A stretch of DNA of 63,331 bases, filler included, from 20 parts of 20 records of this genome joined end to end with filler, not necessarily neighbours in it; one strand, 5' to 3'. Shown: positions 12,835-25,485, counted from the first letter of the whole stretch. The notes: generated from the sequence alone by a model not told the origin. Numbers and translations are program-made.

Positions 12835-13201
12835 GTTTTTTGGCGACTGGGAGATGCGACATCATCGCGACCTCATGCAAGAAGATGCCGAAAACTATAG
12901 CGCGTGGTGCAATGACTGGCAGCATGCAATCCCCACGAACGGTGAAGGATTTCAGGCATTTTCGCAACGTGTGGAACGCTTTATCGCAAGGCTTAGTGAA
13001 TTTCAGCACTATCAGAATATTTTAGTCGTCAGCCATCAGGGTGTACTGAGTCTGTTAATCGCCCGTTTAATTGGCATGCCTGCCGAAGCTATGTGGCATT
13101 TTCGCGTTGACCAGGGGTGTTGGAGCGCCATTGATATCAACCAAAAATTCGCGACGCTACGCGTCCTCAATAGCCGTGCCATCGGGGTCGAGAATGCATG
13201 A
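12835..13201 (+). CDS. cobC: Adenosylcobalamin/alpha-ribazole phosphatase CobC (5' truncated)
   Basis: Histidine-phosphatase C-terminal half (NGE, VVSHQG); upstream of rsfS. Confidence 0.88.
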
Positions 13202-13442
13202 CTTTTCTGTTTTTTTACGGGTAAGCCGCAACGACCATTGACAGACCCGGGCAGGCTGATATTCTCCGCAGCCAGACTTTTTCCGCCAGACACGACTTTG
13301 TAGAAATTGTTTTACAAAAATGGCGATGCAATCTGCGGCGCGGGGTGGGATGATAGCCCACTTTCGAAAGCCGATTCGGCGACAATTGTCCCGAAATCGC
13401 CTCTGGTTCAGGTATACTGACAGACCATTTTTATCTATTTGA

Positions 13443-13778
<336 letters not shown>

Positions 13779-13781
13779 TGC

Positions 13782-14249
13782 GTGAAGCTGCAACTTGTCG
13801 CCGTGGGAACGAAAATGCCGGACTGGGTACAAACCGGTTTTACCGAGTACCTGCGTCGTTTTCCGAAAGATATGCCCTTCGAGCTGATTGAAATTCCGGC
13901 CGGAAAACGCGGCAAGAATGCGGACATCAAGCGCATACTCGACAAAGAGGGTGAGCAGATGTTGGCGGCCGCAGGCAAAAACCGCATTGTCACCCTCGAT
14001 ATTCCAGGCAAGCCCTGGGATACGCCGCAGTTAGCCGCTGAGCTGGAACGCTGGAAGCTGGATGGTCGCGACGTCAGTCTACTGATTGGCGGGCCTGAAG
14101 GGTTGTCGCCTGCCTGTAAAGCGGCGGCTGAGCAGAGCTGGTCGCTGTCGGCGCTTACCCTCCCCCATCCGCTGGTTCGCGTGCTGGTCGCAGAGAGTCT
14201 GTACCGGGCGTGGAGCATCACCACCAACCATCCTTATCACCGTGAGTGA
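13782..14249 (+). CDS. rlmH: 23S rRNA m3-pseudouridine1915 methyltransferase RlmH
   Basis: 155 aa SPOUT enzyme; IGGPEG and C-terminal HPYHRE. Confidence 0.96.
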
Positions 14250-14279
14250 TAAGGGAGCTTTGAGTAGAAAACGCAGCGG

Positions 14280-15366
14280 ATGAAACTACAGAACTCTTTT
14301 CGCGACTATACGGCAGAGTCCGCGCTGTTTGTGCGCCGGGCGCTGGTCGCCTTTTTGGGGATTTTGCTGCTGACCGGCGTGCTTATCGCCAACCTGTATA
14401 ATCTGCAAATTGTTCGCTTTACCGACTACCAGACCCGCTCTAATGAAAACCGCATTAAGCTGGTGCCTATCGCGCCCAGCCGCGGCATTATCTACGATCG
14501 TAACGGTATCCCTCTGGCCCTCAACCGCACTATCTACCAGATAGAAATGATGCCGGAGAAAGTCGATAACGTGCAGCAAACGCTGGACGCTTTGCGCAGC
14601 GTGGTAGATCTGACCGATGACGATATTGCTGCATTCCGAAAAGAGCGCGCACGTTCACACCGTTTCACCTCTATTCCGGTGAAAACTAACCTGACCGAAG
14701 TACAAGTAGCTCGCTTTGCCGTCAATCAGTACCGTTTTCCGGGTGTCGAAGTTAAAGGCTATAAACGTCGTTACTATCCTTACGGTTCGGCGTTGACCCA
14801 CGTCATCGGCTATGTGTCGAAAATCAACGATAAAGACGTCGAACGCCTGAATAATGACGGCAAACTGGCCAACTATGCGGCAACGCATGATATCGGTAAG
14901 CTGGGCATTGAGCGTTACTATGAAGATGTGCTGCACGGTCAGACCGGTTATGAAGAGGTTGAAGTTAACAACCGTGGGCGTGTTATTCGCCAGTTAAAAG
15001 AAGTACCACCGCAAGCCGGACACGATATTTACCTGACGCTGGATCTCAAACTCCAGCAATATATTGAAACGCTGCTGGCGGGTAGCCGCGCAGCTGTGGT
15101 AGTCACCGATCCGCGTACAGGTGGGGTGCTGGCGCTGGTTTCCACGCCTAGTTATGACCCAAACTTGTTTGTTGACGGTATCTCCAGCAAAGATTATTCC
15201 GCCTTGTTGAACGATCCGAATACACCGCTGGTGAACCGCGCCACACAGGGGGTTTATCCTCCCGCGTCTACAGTTAAACCCTATGTGGCGGTTTCGGCAT
15301 TGAGCGCCGGGGTGATCACGCGCAATACGACGCTGTTTGACCCAGGCTGGTGGCAACTGCCAGGTT
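14280..15366 (+). CDS. mrdA: Penicillin-binding protein 2 (3' truncated)
   Basis: N-terminal TM helix; PASTVKP SxxK motif. Confidence 0.95.
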
Positions 15367-15466
15367 NNNNNNNNNNNNNNNNNNNNNNNNNNNNNNNNNN
15401 NNNNNNNNNNTTAATTAATTAANNNNNNNNNNNNNNNNNNNNNNNNNNNNNNNNNNNNNNNNNNNN

Positions 15467-15898
15467 AACGGTGCCCATTACCGCGCTGATTTCGCCAAGC
15501 AGTTGGCTCCACTGCGCCAACAGCTGGGTAGTCGTGGTTTTGCCGTTGGTGCCCGTTACGCCCACGAGACGTAAATTGTCAGAGGGTTCATGGTAAAAGC
15601 GGCCCGCCAGTGCAGATAAACGCTCGTTGAGCTGGCTGAGATAGATGACCGGTACGCCGTGCATTTCACGGATTTCACCATCGGTCGCCTCATCTTTCGC
15701 CTCTGCAATAATGGCAGCCACACCTTGCGCTATCGCCTGCGGGATATATCGACGCCCGTCCGCCTGATGACCTACTACAGCTACAAAGAGATCGCCCGCC
15801 GCAGCCACACGGCTGTCGAGTGTCATCTCTCGCAGTGCTCGCGAAGGTGCGTCTGGCACCCACGGAGCAAGAAGGTCGCGCAAATTACGATCTGCCAC
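15467..15898 (-). CDS. murE: UDP-MurNAc-tripeptide synthetase MurE (3' truncated)
   Basis: [12 protein letters not shown]-loop; overlaps the end of ftsI. Confidence 0.95.
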
Positions 15899-17651
15899 CT
15901 GTCCCCTCGCCTTGATTAATCACAAATTCATTTTTATCGCCCGTTGTCAGCGCATCCGGCTCGATGTTCATGGTACGCAATACGCCGCCCATGATGGCAC
16001 CAAAGACCGGCGCGGAAACGGCGCCGCCGTAGTATTTACCCGCCTGCGGATCGTTGATAACAACAACCAGCGCGAAGCGCGGCTGACTCGCAGGCGCAAC
16101 GCCTGCGGTATAAGCAATATATTTATTGATGTAGCGACCGTCCGGCCCGACCTTTTTCGCGGTACCGGTTTTAATGGCGATACGATAGCCTTTAATCGCC
16201 GCCTTCACGCCGCCGCCGCCTGGTAGCGCCACGCTTTCCATCATATGCACCACAGTGCGGACAATGGATTCCGGGAAGACACGTTCACCGGGAACCGGGG
16301 GGTCAACTTTGGTAATCGACAGTGGGCGATAAATGCCGTAGCTGCCGATAGTTGCGTAGACTCGCGCTAACTGTAATGGTGTTACCATTAGCCCGTAGCC
16401 GAAAGAGAAGGTGGCCCTCTCTATGTCAGACCACCGTTGTTTTTGAGGATATAAGCCACTGCGTTCTCCGACCAACCCCAAATTGGTCGCTTTTCCCAGT
16501 CCAAAACGTGAGTAAGTATCTACTAACGCTGAGGACGGCATCGCTAACGCCAGCTTGGAAACACCGACGTTACTCGACTTCTGTAATACCCCGGTCAGGG
16601 TTAATTCGCTGTAGCGTGCCACGTCTTTGATTTCGTGGCCGTTAATTCGATAAGGAATGGTATTGAGTACCGAGTTTTCCCGCACCACGCCACGTTGCAA
16701 CGCGGTCATTACCACCATCGGTTTAACCGTTGAGCCCGGTTCAAACACGTCGGTGATGGTACGGTTACGCATCGCCTCTTTCGGCGTGCCGCTCAGATTG
16801 TTAGGGTTGTATGACGGGCTGTTAGCCATCGCCAGCACTTCACCGGTGTTGACATCCACCAGCACGGCGCTACCAGATTCAGCCTTGTTAAAGGCCACCG
16901 CGTTGTTCAGTTCGCGATAAACCAGCGCCTGCAGGCGTTCATCAATACTCAGCGCCAGGTTGTGCGCTGCCTGGCTGTCAGTAGAAGAAATATCTTCAAT
17001 TACGCGACCATAGCGGTCTTTACGCACAATGCGCTCACCCGGCTGCCCGGTAAGCCATTTATCGAAACTCTTCTCAACGCCCTCAATCCCTTGACTATCG
17101 ACGTTAGTAAAGCCGATGAGGTGAGCAGTCACTTCGCCGGACGGATAGTAACGGCGAGACTCTTCACGCAGATGAATCCCCGGCAGTTTCAGTTTTTTGA
17201 TGTAGTCCGCCATGTCAGGGTTCACCTGACGCGCCAGATAAATAAAGCGCCCTTTCGGGTTGGCGTTAATGCGGGCTGAAAGCTGATCCAGCGGAATATT
17301 GAGCGCGTTAGCCAGCGCCTTCCAGCGGTCACCGACGCTGATACCGCCAGCGTCATGCACTTCTTTCGGGTCAGCCCAAATCGCTTTTACCGGCACGCTC
17401 ACCGCTAACGGGCGACCAGAACGGTCAGTAATCATGCCGCGGGAGGTGGAAACTTGCTGAACGCGAAGAGAACGCATGTCGCCCTCTTTCACCAGCATAT
17501 CCGGGGAGATAACTTGTAACCACGCTACGCGTCCGAGCAGAAAAGCCAGCGCCAGGAGAATACAGCCGCATAACAACGCAAAACGCCAACTGATAAAGTT
17601 GGCATGTTCTTCCTGACGTTTTGGTTTCTGCGTTTTCGCCGCTGCTTTCAT
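15885..17651 (-). CDS. ftsI: Penicillin-binding protein 3 (FtsI)
   Basis: 588 aa; STVK, SSN and KTG motifs. Confidence 0.97.
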
Positions 17652-17666
17652 GCGTCGCGTTTATCC

Positions 17667-18032
17667 TTATTTTTGCACTACGATATTTTCTTGTGACGGA
17701 TCAACATGCTGCATTTGCAGCTTTTCCGTGGCGATCCTTTCCACCCGGCTATGGTCGCCGAGCGCATTCTCTTCAAGGATCAGGTTGCGCCATTCAATGT
17801 CTAAAGCATCTCGCTCCAGCACCAGTTGTTCGCGCTGAGCGGTCAGTAAACGGGTATGGTGCGCCGTGGTTACCACAGTCACCGCCGTCAAAATAATGCA
17901 AATGAACAGGCAGAGTGGCAGCTTCCCAAATCGCAAAAGATCGTCACCGATAACACCAGGCAATGCATGGCGCTCGTGGCTTCCCATCGATCCTTTAACT
18001 TTGCTTAGAGCTTCTGTCACTCTGCTGATCAT
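17667..18032 (-). CDS. ftsL: Cell division protein FtsL
   Basis: 121 aa with single TM and coiled coil; dcw cluster position. Confidence 0.95.
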
Positions 18033-18227
18033 GCATTCGTCCTCTCTGCAATACGCAGAACTGAACTACGGGCACGAGGGTTCTCAGCCACCTCTTCTTC
18101 GCCCGGCATTAACTTGCCTAGTGCTCGCAGCTGACGGCCACCCAGTTTTTTGAGCTGCTCTTCAGTCATCGGTAACCCTGCCGGAACTTGCGGACCGCGG
18201 CTGTTTTCACGCATAAAACGTTTCACA
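18029..18227 (-). CDS. rsmH: 16S rRNA m4C1402 methyltransferase RsmH (C-terminal fragment)
   Basis: [16 protein letters not shown]-terminal signature. Confidence 0.93.
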
Positions 18228-18327
18228 NNNNNNNNNNNNNNNNNNNNNNNNNNNNNNNNNNNNNNNNNNNNTTAATTAATTAANNNNNNNNNNNNNNNNN
18301 NNNNNNNNNNNNNNNNNNNNNNNNNNN

Positions 18328-18433
18328 TATTTTTTTGCGCTTCGTAATTAATGGTTATAAGGTCGGCCAGAAACCTTTCTAATGCAAGCGATGACGTTTT
18401 TTTATGTGTCTGAATTTGCACTGTGTCACAATT
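18328..18433 (-). promoter_or_regulatory. malT promoter region with a CRP site (~18411-18433) and probable Mlc operator (~18328-18350)
   Basis: Minus strand AATTGTGACACAGTGCAAATTCA resembles the CRP consensus; TAATTACGAAGCGCAAAAAAATA resembles an Mlc site; divergent from malP. Confidence 0.6.
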
Positions 18434-18787
18434 CCAAATCTTTATTAACAACTCACCTAAAACGACGCTGATCCAGCGTGAATACTGGTTTCCCTTATGT
18501 TCATCAGATTCATTTAAGCAAGGGTTTCTTCTTCATTCCTGATGAAAGTGCCATCTAAAAAGATGATCTTAATAAATCTATTAAGAATGAGATGGAGCAC
18601 ACTGGATATTTACTTATGAAACTGTTTCACTCCTTTACTTAATTTATAGAGTTACCTTCCGCTTTTTGAAAATACGCAACGGCCATTTTTTGCACTTAGA
18701 TACAGATTTTCTGCGCTGTATTGCATTGATTTGATGCTAATCCTGTGGTTTGCACTAGCTTTAAGTGGTTGAGATCACATTTCCTTG

Positions 18788-18832
18788 CTCATCCCCGCAA
18801 CTCCTCCCTGCCTAATCCCCCGCAGGATGAGG
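18788..18832. promoter_or_regulatory. MalT boxes upstream of malPQ
   Basis: GGGGATGAG, GGGAGGAG and GGGGATTAG on the minus strand and CAGGATGAGG on the plus strand, versus consensus GGGGA(T/G)GAGG. Confidence 0.75.
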
Positions 18833-18877
18833 AAGGTCAACATCGAGCCTGGCAAACTAGCGATAACGTTGTGTTGA

Positions 18878-21295
<2,418 letters not shown>

Positions 21296-21304
21296 GGAAG
21301 CTCG

Positions 21305-21535
21305 ATGGAAAGCAAACGTCTGGATAATGCCGCGCTGGCGGCGGGGATTAGCCCCAATTACATCAATGCCCACGGTAAACCGCAGTCGATTAGCGCCGAA
21401 ACCAAACGGCGTTTGCTTGACGCGATGCATCAACGTACCGCCACGAAAGTGGCGGTAACGCCAGTCCCGAATGTCATGGTTTATACCAGCGGCAAAAAAT
21501 GCCGATGGTGGTGGAGGGCAGCGGCGAATATAGCT
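21305..21535 (+). CDS. malQ: 4-alpha-glucanotransferase MalQ (3' truncated; apparent -1 frameshift at A-run 21494-21499)
   Basis: MESKRLDNAALAAGISPNY...; MalQ-like PMVVEGSGEYS continues in a shifted frame. Confidence 0.9.
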
Positions 21536-21635
21536 NNNNNNNNNNNNNNNNNNNNNNNNNNNNNNNNNNNNNNNNNNNNTTAATTAATTAANNNNNNNNN
21601 NNNNNNNNNNNNNNNNNNNNNNNNNNNNNNNNNNN

Positions 21636-22098
21636 CCCGGGAAAGGGGGCGCGCGTGACGACAAACGCACGAGCAGAGGATCCGAAGAGCAGTGCAGACA
21701 GACCTACACAGTGAGGGGTGCGCGCGTCCGTGAGAAAGAAGCGTCGTAACACATGAAAATCACTGAAAACAGCGAAGCAAGTGGGGAACTTGCACGAATA
21801 CAACCTGGAAAGAAATCGATAAACCACACTACCAAGATACAAAAACACGAAGCGCAACAGTGACAATACGAGATGATCGCGCGCGCTTACCGATGGCGGC
21901 AGGATAGCCCAATGGTAGCTGTGTTTCTCCGAGCTCATGATTCTTTCGTTCTCTTGCATCGATCGCCGCACCCGAAAGTGCATAGATAAGACCGGCACCA
22001 CCAGCTGCAAGGACTACAGGCAGCGATCGCGATTGGGCAAAATGCATTGCCCCTACAGCGCCAATGGCAGCTGCAGACAGATAGGTTCCTGTTGGCAT
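21636..22098 (-). CDS. Spliced TMEM14 (UPF0136)-like small membrane protein, 3' truncated. Exons 22098-21891 and 21703-21636; intron 21890-21704; an alternative in-frame ATG lies at 22128
   Basis: Spliced product MPTGTYLSAAAIGAVGAMHFAQSRSLPVVLAAGGAGLIYALSGAAIDARERKNHELGETQLPLGYPAAIG/LSALLFGSSARAFVVTRAPFPG; phase-1 GTAAGC..TGTGTAG intron; Gly/Ala-rich TM pattern resembles TMEM14. Confidence 0.65.
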
Positions 22099-22163
22099 CC
22101 TAACTTGATACTGCACTTGAATATACATCTTCACTTTCGTGTTGCCCTCTTTCTCTTGTCTCG

Positions 22164-22179
22164 GGTCAAAGATTTGACC
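22164..22179. promoter_or_regulatory. Palindrome in the divergent intergenic region (candidate shared regulatory element)
   Basis: GGTCAAA-GA-TTTGACC, perfect 7-bp arms, between the two start codons. Confidence 0.3.
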
Positions 22180-22278
22180 TAGCTACGGTATCGGAGACAG
22201 TCAATTTCGTTTGAGGAGATGTTTTCACATTTTGGTGCTGTTTTGCGGTATTGTCGAGTCTGTTTGTGGGACCTTTCC

Positions 22279-23641
22279 ATGGCGACTGCATTCTTCAACC
22301 CCGAAGCTTGGCTTCAAGCGTTTCGCGGCGCTTCCGCGAGCGGTGATCGTACAACAATGCGCCGAATCGTCCCAGTAGGCTAACTCCGCTACAGGTAGCA
22401 TGCTTAACAAACTCCGTATCGACATTCAACAGCAAACCATCCGCGTTTGCGAAGCTGGTGGATTCGAATTCACGTCCGGGAAGCAGGTGACCGTTCCTAA
22501 CCGCACTGCGGTCGCAGCTATGGTGAGTGTTGCTGCTGATTGCATTTAGTTTCATGCACTTACGTAGTGCTTGTTATTTCACATCAGGTTCGCCAGTCCG
22601 TGATGTACCAGAACAGTCACCCGTGGCAGGTTCGGCGCCAGGGGACGTACCCGAACTGCGTGTACTGCTGCAAAGGCGATTGTCTGGAAGCGGCAGAGTG
22701 GCAGCTCAGTCGCGTACGTGTGGGGTCGCTAGCTGCGTTCTTTGGGTGTGAGTGCATCAGAACTGTGCTTGAGAGAGAACATTGGCTCATGCACGATTGT
22801 CATGCGCTGTCAGTTCTGTGTGTTCATGTGGACTGTGTGGACTCTGCGGTATCGTGCTTTTAACCATAGGGTTCACTCATCTGCTATGATGCGTGTGTAT
22901 TGTGTAGTGTATCTATTGTGTGGTGTCCTTGCGAGTGTCGCGTATTGTCTGTTGCTGATTATTCAATGTATGCTGACCTCCTTTCATTTGGTTCTGTGTG
23001 CTAGGGACTCAACCCTGTTGTCCTCAACATGGCTAATGCGTGTACGTGCTGGTAATTTCCTCTCTGCGAAAGGGTGTGCGTTTGCTTGTCGCCTCGCACT
23101 GTCCTTCCTTACGTGTGAGTGCATTCTCTCTCAATGTGTGCGTGCGTCGGTTGGTTTATATCTACATATGTTGTGTAGTTATTCCTGGGGGCGGATGGAA
23201 GCACGGCAGCGGTGCACAAGAGGAAAACCTACATCGTCGCTCCAACTATTTTCAGTTTCTGGATGACCCGGGGCGGCTCTGGAACGACCGGCCGTGGAAA
23301 TACCCGATTCCGGAATTTGGTACGTTGTTGTGTGTGTAGCATGTGTGCGTTTCTCTTGGCATTGTGTACATTCTGTAAATGTGCTGCGTGTGTATGTGCG
23401 TGTATCTGTGGATCTTGGCAGCGTAATTGTATATATTGGGAAGTTTGTGTGAGATGGTGGTCCTGTGCCAATGGATTGAGTGTGGGTTTCGGTGACCCCT
23501 TCATGAGGGTATAGACTGTGAGAGACAGAGCGCGTTGCTATCATGGATAGTAGAGTGAGTTGTCAACACAACACTTCTAACATAGGTCCCACGAACCGTA
23601 TTGTTGTGTAGGCGGCATCTACAGCCCCAACGTGACGGTGT
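22279..23641 (+). CDS. Spliced bacterial-type poly(ADP-ribose) glycohydrolase (DUF2263/TIGR02452-like macrodomain), 3' truncated. Exons 22279-22348, 22395-22522, 22588-22713, 23005-23041, 23179-23319 and 23612-23641+
   Basis: Five GT..AG introns splice in frame with no stops over 177 codons, giving ...KGDCLEAAEWQLSRGLNPVVLNMANAFIPGGGWKHGSGAQEENLHRRSNY...YPIPEFGGIYSPNVTV, which contains the PARG GGG-X7-QEE motif. Confidence 0.88.
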
Positions 23642-23741
23642 NNNNNNNNNNNNNNNNNNNNNNNNNNNNNNNNNNNNNNNNNNNNTTAATTAATTAANNN
23701 NNNNNNNNNNNNNNNNNNNNNNNNNNNNNNNNNNNNNNNNN

Positions 23742-25391
23742 TTGGCGAACGCCGTCGGGCTGGCGATAGCAGAGCGTACACTGGCGGCGCAGTTTAACCA
23801 GCCAGACCATGAGATCGTCGATCACTTCACCTATGTGTTTATGGGCGACGGCTGCCTGATGGAAGGTATTTCCCACGAAGTCTGTTCGCTGGCAGGCACG
23901 CTGGGACTGGGCAAGCTGATTGGTTTTTACGATCACAACGGTATTTCCATCGACGGTGAAACAGAAGGCTGGTTTACCGACGATACGGCAAAACGTTTTG
24001 AAGCCTATCACTGGCATGTGATCCATGAAATCGACGGTCACGATCCGCAGGCGGTGAAGGAAGCGATCCTTGAAGCGCAAAGCGTGAAAGATAAGCCGTC
24101 GCTGATTATCTGCCGTACGGTGATTGGCTTTGGTTCGCCGAATAAAGCAGGTAAGGAAGAGGCGCACGGCGCACCACTGGGGGAAGAAGAAGTGGCGCTG
24201 GCACGGCAAAAACTGGGCTGGCACCATCCGCCATTTGAGATCCCTAAAGAGATTTATCACGCCTGGGATGCCCGTGAAAAAGGCGAAAAAGCGCAGCAGA
24301 GCTGGAATGAGAAGTTTGCCGCCTATAAAAAGGCTCATCCGCAACTGGCAGAAGAGTTTACCCGACGGATGAGCGGTGGTTTACCGAAGGACTGGGAGAA
24401 AACGACTCAGAAATATATCAATGAGTTACAGGCAAATCCGGCGAAAATCGCTACCCGTAAGGCTTCGCAAAATACGCTTAACGCTTACGGGCCGATGCTG
24501 CCTGAGTTGCTCGGCGGTTCGGCGGATCTGGCTCCCAGCAACCTGACCATCTGGAAAGGTTCTGTTTCGCTGAAGGAAGATCCAGCGGGCAACTACATTC
24601 ACTACGGGGTGCGTGAATTTGGCATGACCGCTATCGCCAACGGCATCGCGCACCACGGCGGCTTTGTGCCGTATACCGCGACGTTCCTGATGTTTGTTGA
24701 ATACGCCCGTAACGCCGCGCGGATGGCGGCACTGATGAAAGCGCGGCAGATTATGGTTTATACCCACGACTCAATTGGCCTGGGCGAAGATGGTCCGACG
24801 CACCAGGCTGTTGAGCAACTGGCCAGCCTGCGCTTAACGCCAAATTTCAGCACCTGGCGACCGTGCGATCAGGTGGAAGCGGCGGTGGGCTGGAAGCTGG
24901 CGGTTGAGCGCCACAACGGACCGACGGCACTGATCCTCTCAAGGCAGAATCTGGCCCAGGTGGAACGTACGCCGGATCAGGTTAAAGAGATTGCTCGTGG
25001 CGGTTATGTGCTGAAAGACAGCGGCGGTAAGCCAGATATTATTCTGATTGCCACCGGTTCAGAGATGGAAATTACCCTGCAAGCGGCAGAGAAATTAGCA
25101 GGAGAAGGTCGCAATGTACGCGTAGTTTCCCTGCCCTCGACCGATATTTTCGACGCCCAGGATGAGGAATATCGGGAGTCGGTGTTGCCTTCTAACGTTG
25201 CGGCTCGCGTGGCGGTGGAAGCAGGTATTGCCGATTACTGGTACAAGTATGTTGGTCTGAAAGGGGCAATTGTCGGGATGACGGGTTACGGGGAATCTGC
25301 TCCGGCGGATAAGCTGTTCCCGTTCTTTGGCTTTACCGCCGAGAATATTGTGGCAAAAGCGCATAAGGTGCTGGGAGTGAAAGGTGCCTGA
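23742..25391 (+). CDS. tktB: Transketolase 2 (5' truncated)
   Basis: TPP motif [24 protein letters not shown]; adjacent to ypfG. Confidence 0.95.
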   Translation: MANAVGLAIAERTLAAQFNQPDHEIVDHFTYVFMGDGCLMEGISHEVCSLAGTLGLGKLIGFYDHNGISIDGETEGWFTDDTAKRFEAYHWHVIHEIDGHDPQAVKEAILEAQSVKDKPSLIICRTVIGFGSPNKAGKEEAHGAPLGEEEVALARQKLGWHHPPFEIPKEIYHAWDAREKGEKAQQSWNEKFAAYKKAHPQLAEEFTRRMSGGLPKDWEKTTQKYINELQANPAKIATRKASQNTLNAYGPMLPELLGGSADLAPSNLTIWKGSVSLKEDPAGNYIHYGVREFGMTAIANGIAHHGGFVPYTATFLMFVEYARNAARMAALMKARQIMVYTHDSIGLGEDGPTHQAVEQLASLRLTPNFSTWRPCDQVEAAVGWKLAVERHNGPTALILSRQNLAQVERTPDQVKEIARGGYVLKDSGGKPDIILIATGSEMEITLQAAEKLAGEGRNVRVVSLPSTDIFDAQDEEYRESVLPSNVAARVAVEAGIADYWYKYVGLKGAIVGMTGYGESAPADKLFPFFGFTAENIVAKAHKVLGVKGA

Positions 25392-25395
25392 TGGT

Positions 25396-25469
25396 GATTG
25401 CCGGATGCTGATTGCCGGATGCGACGCTGACGCGTCTTATCCGGCCTACAGCGTCTTATCCGGCCTACA
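25396..25469. repeat. REP (PU) element with tandem partial duplications of both ends
   Basis: GCCGGATGCGACGCTGACGCGTCTTATCCGGCCTACA at 25414-25450; TGATTGCCGGATGC and GCGTCTTATCCGGCCTACA each occur twice. Confidence 0.9.
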
Positions 25470-25485
25470 TGTCCCGCCATTTTGT

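Larger units (their letters stand above)
21636..23641. other. Non-E. coli, eukaryotic contig with spliceosomal introns
   Basis: No long ORF; TG-rich non-coding tracts; six GT..AG introns whose removal yields two coherent proteins. Confidence 0.93.

Noticed and set aside
21829-22382. RNA editing or an alternative genetic code to explain the stops in the foreign genes
   Set aside because: Ordinary GT-AG splicing with the standard code removes every stop and frame change.
22742-23544. Cys/Val-rich and His/Thr-rich ORFs (22742-23266, 23212-23514, 23179-23544, 23229-23504) as small proteins
   Set aside because: They are by-products of TG/CA-rich intron sequence; the spliced PARG model explains the region.
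21636-23641. Retrotransposon, IS, phage or group II intron interpretation of the foreign contig
   Set aside because: No transposase, reverse transcriptase or integrase motifs and no terminal repeats; the introns have spliceosomal GT-AG ends and branch motifs.
21305-23800. Foreign DNA inserted into the E. coli chromosome between malQ and tktB
   Set aside because: It is bounded by linkers on both sides, and malQ and tktB are not neighbours; there is no evidence of physical linkage.
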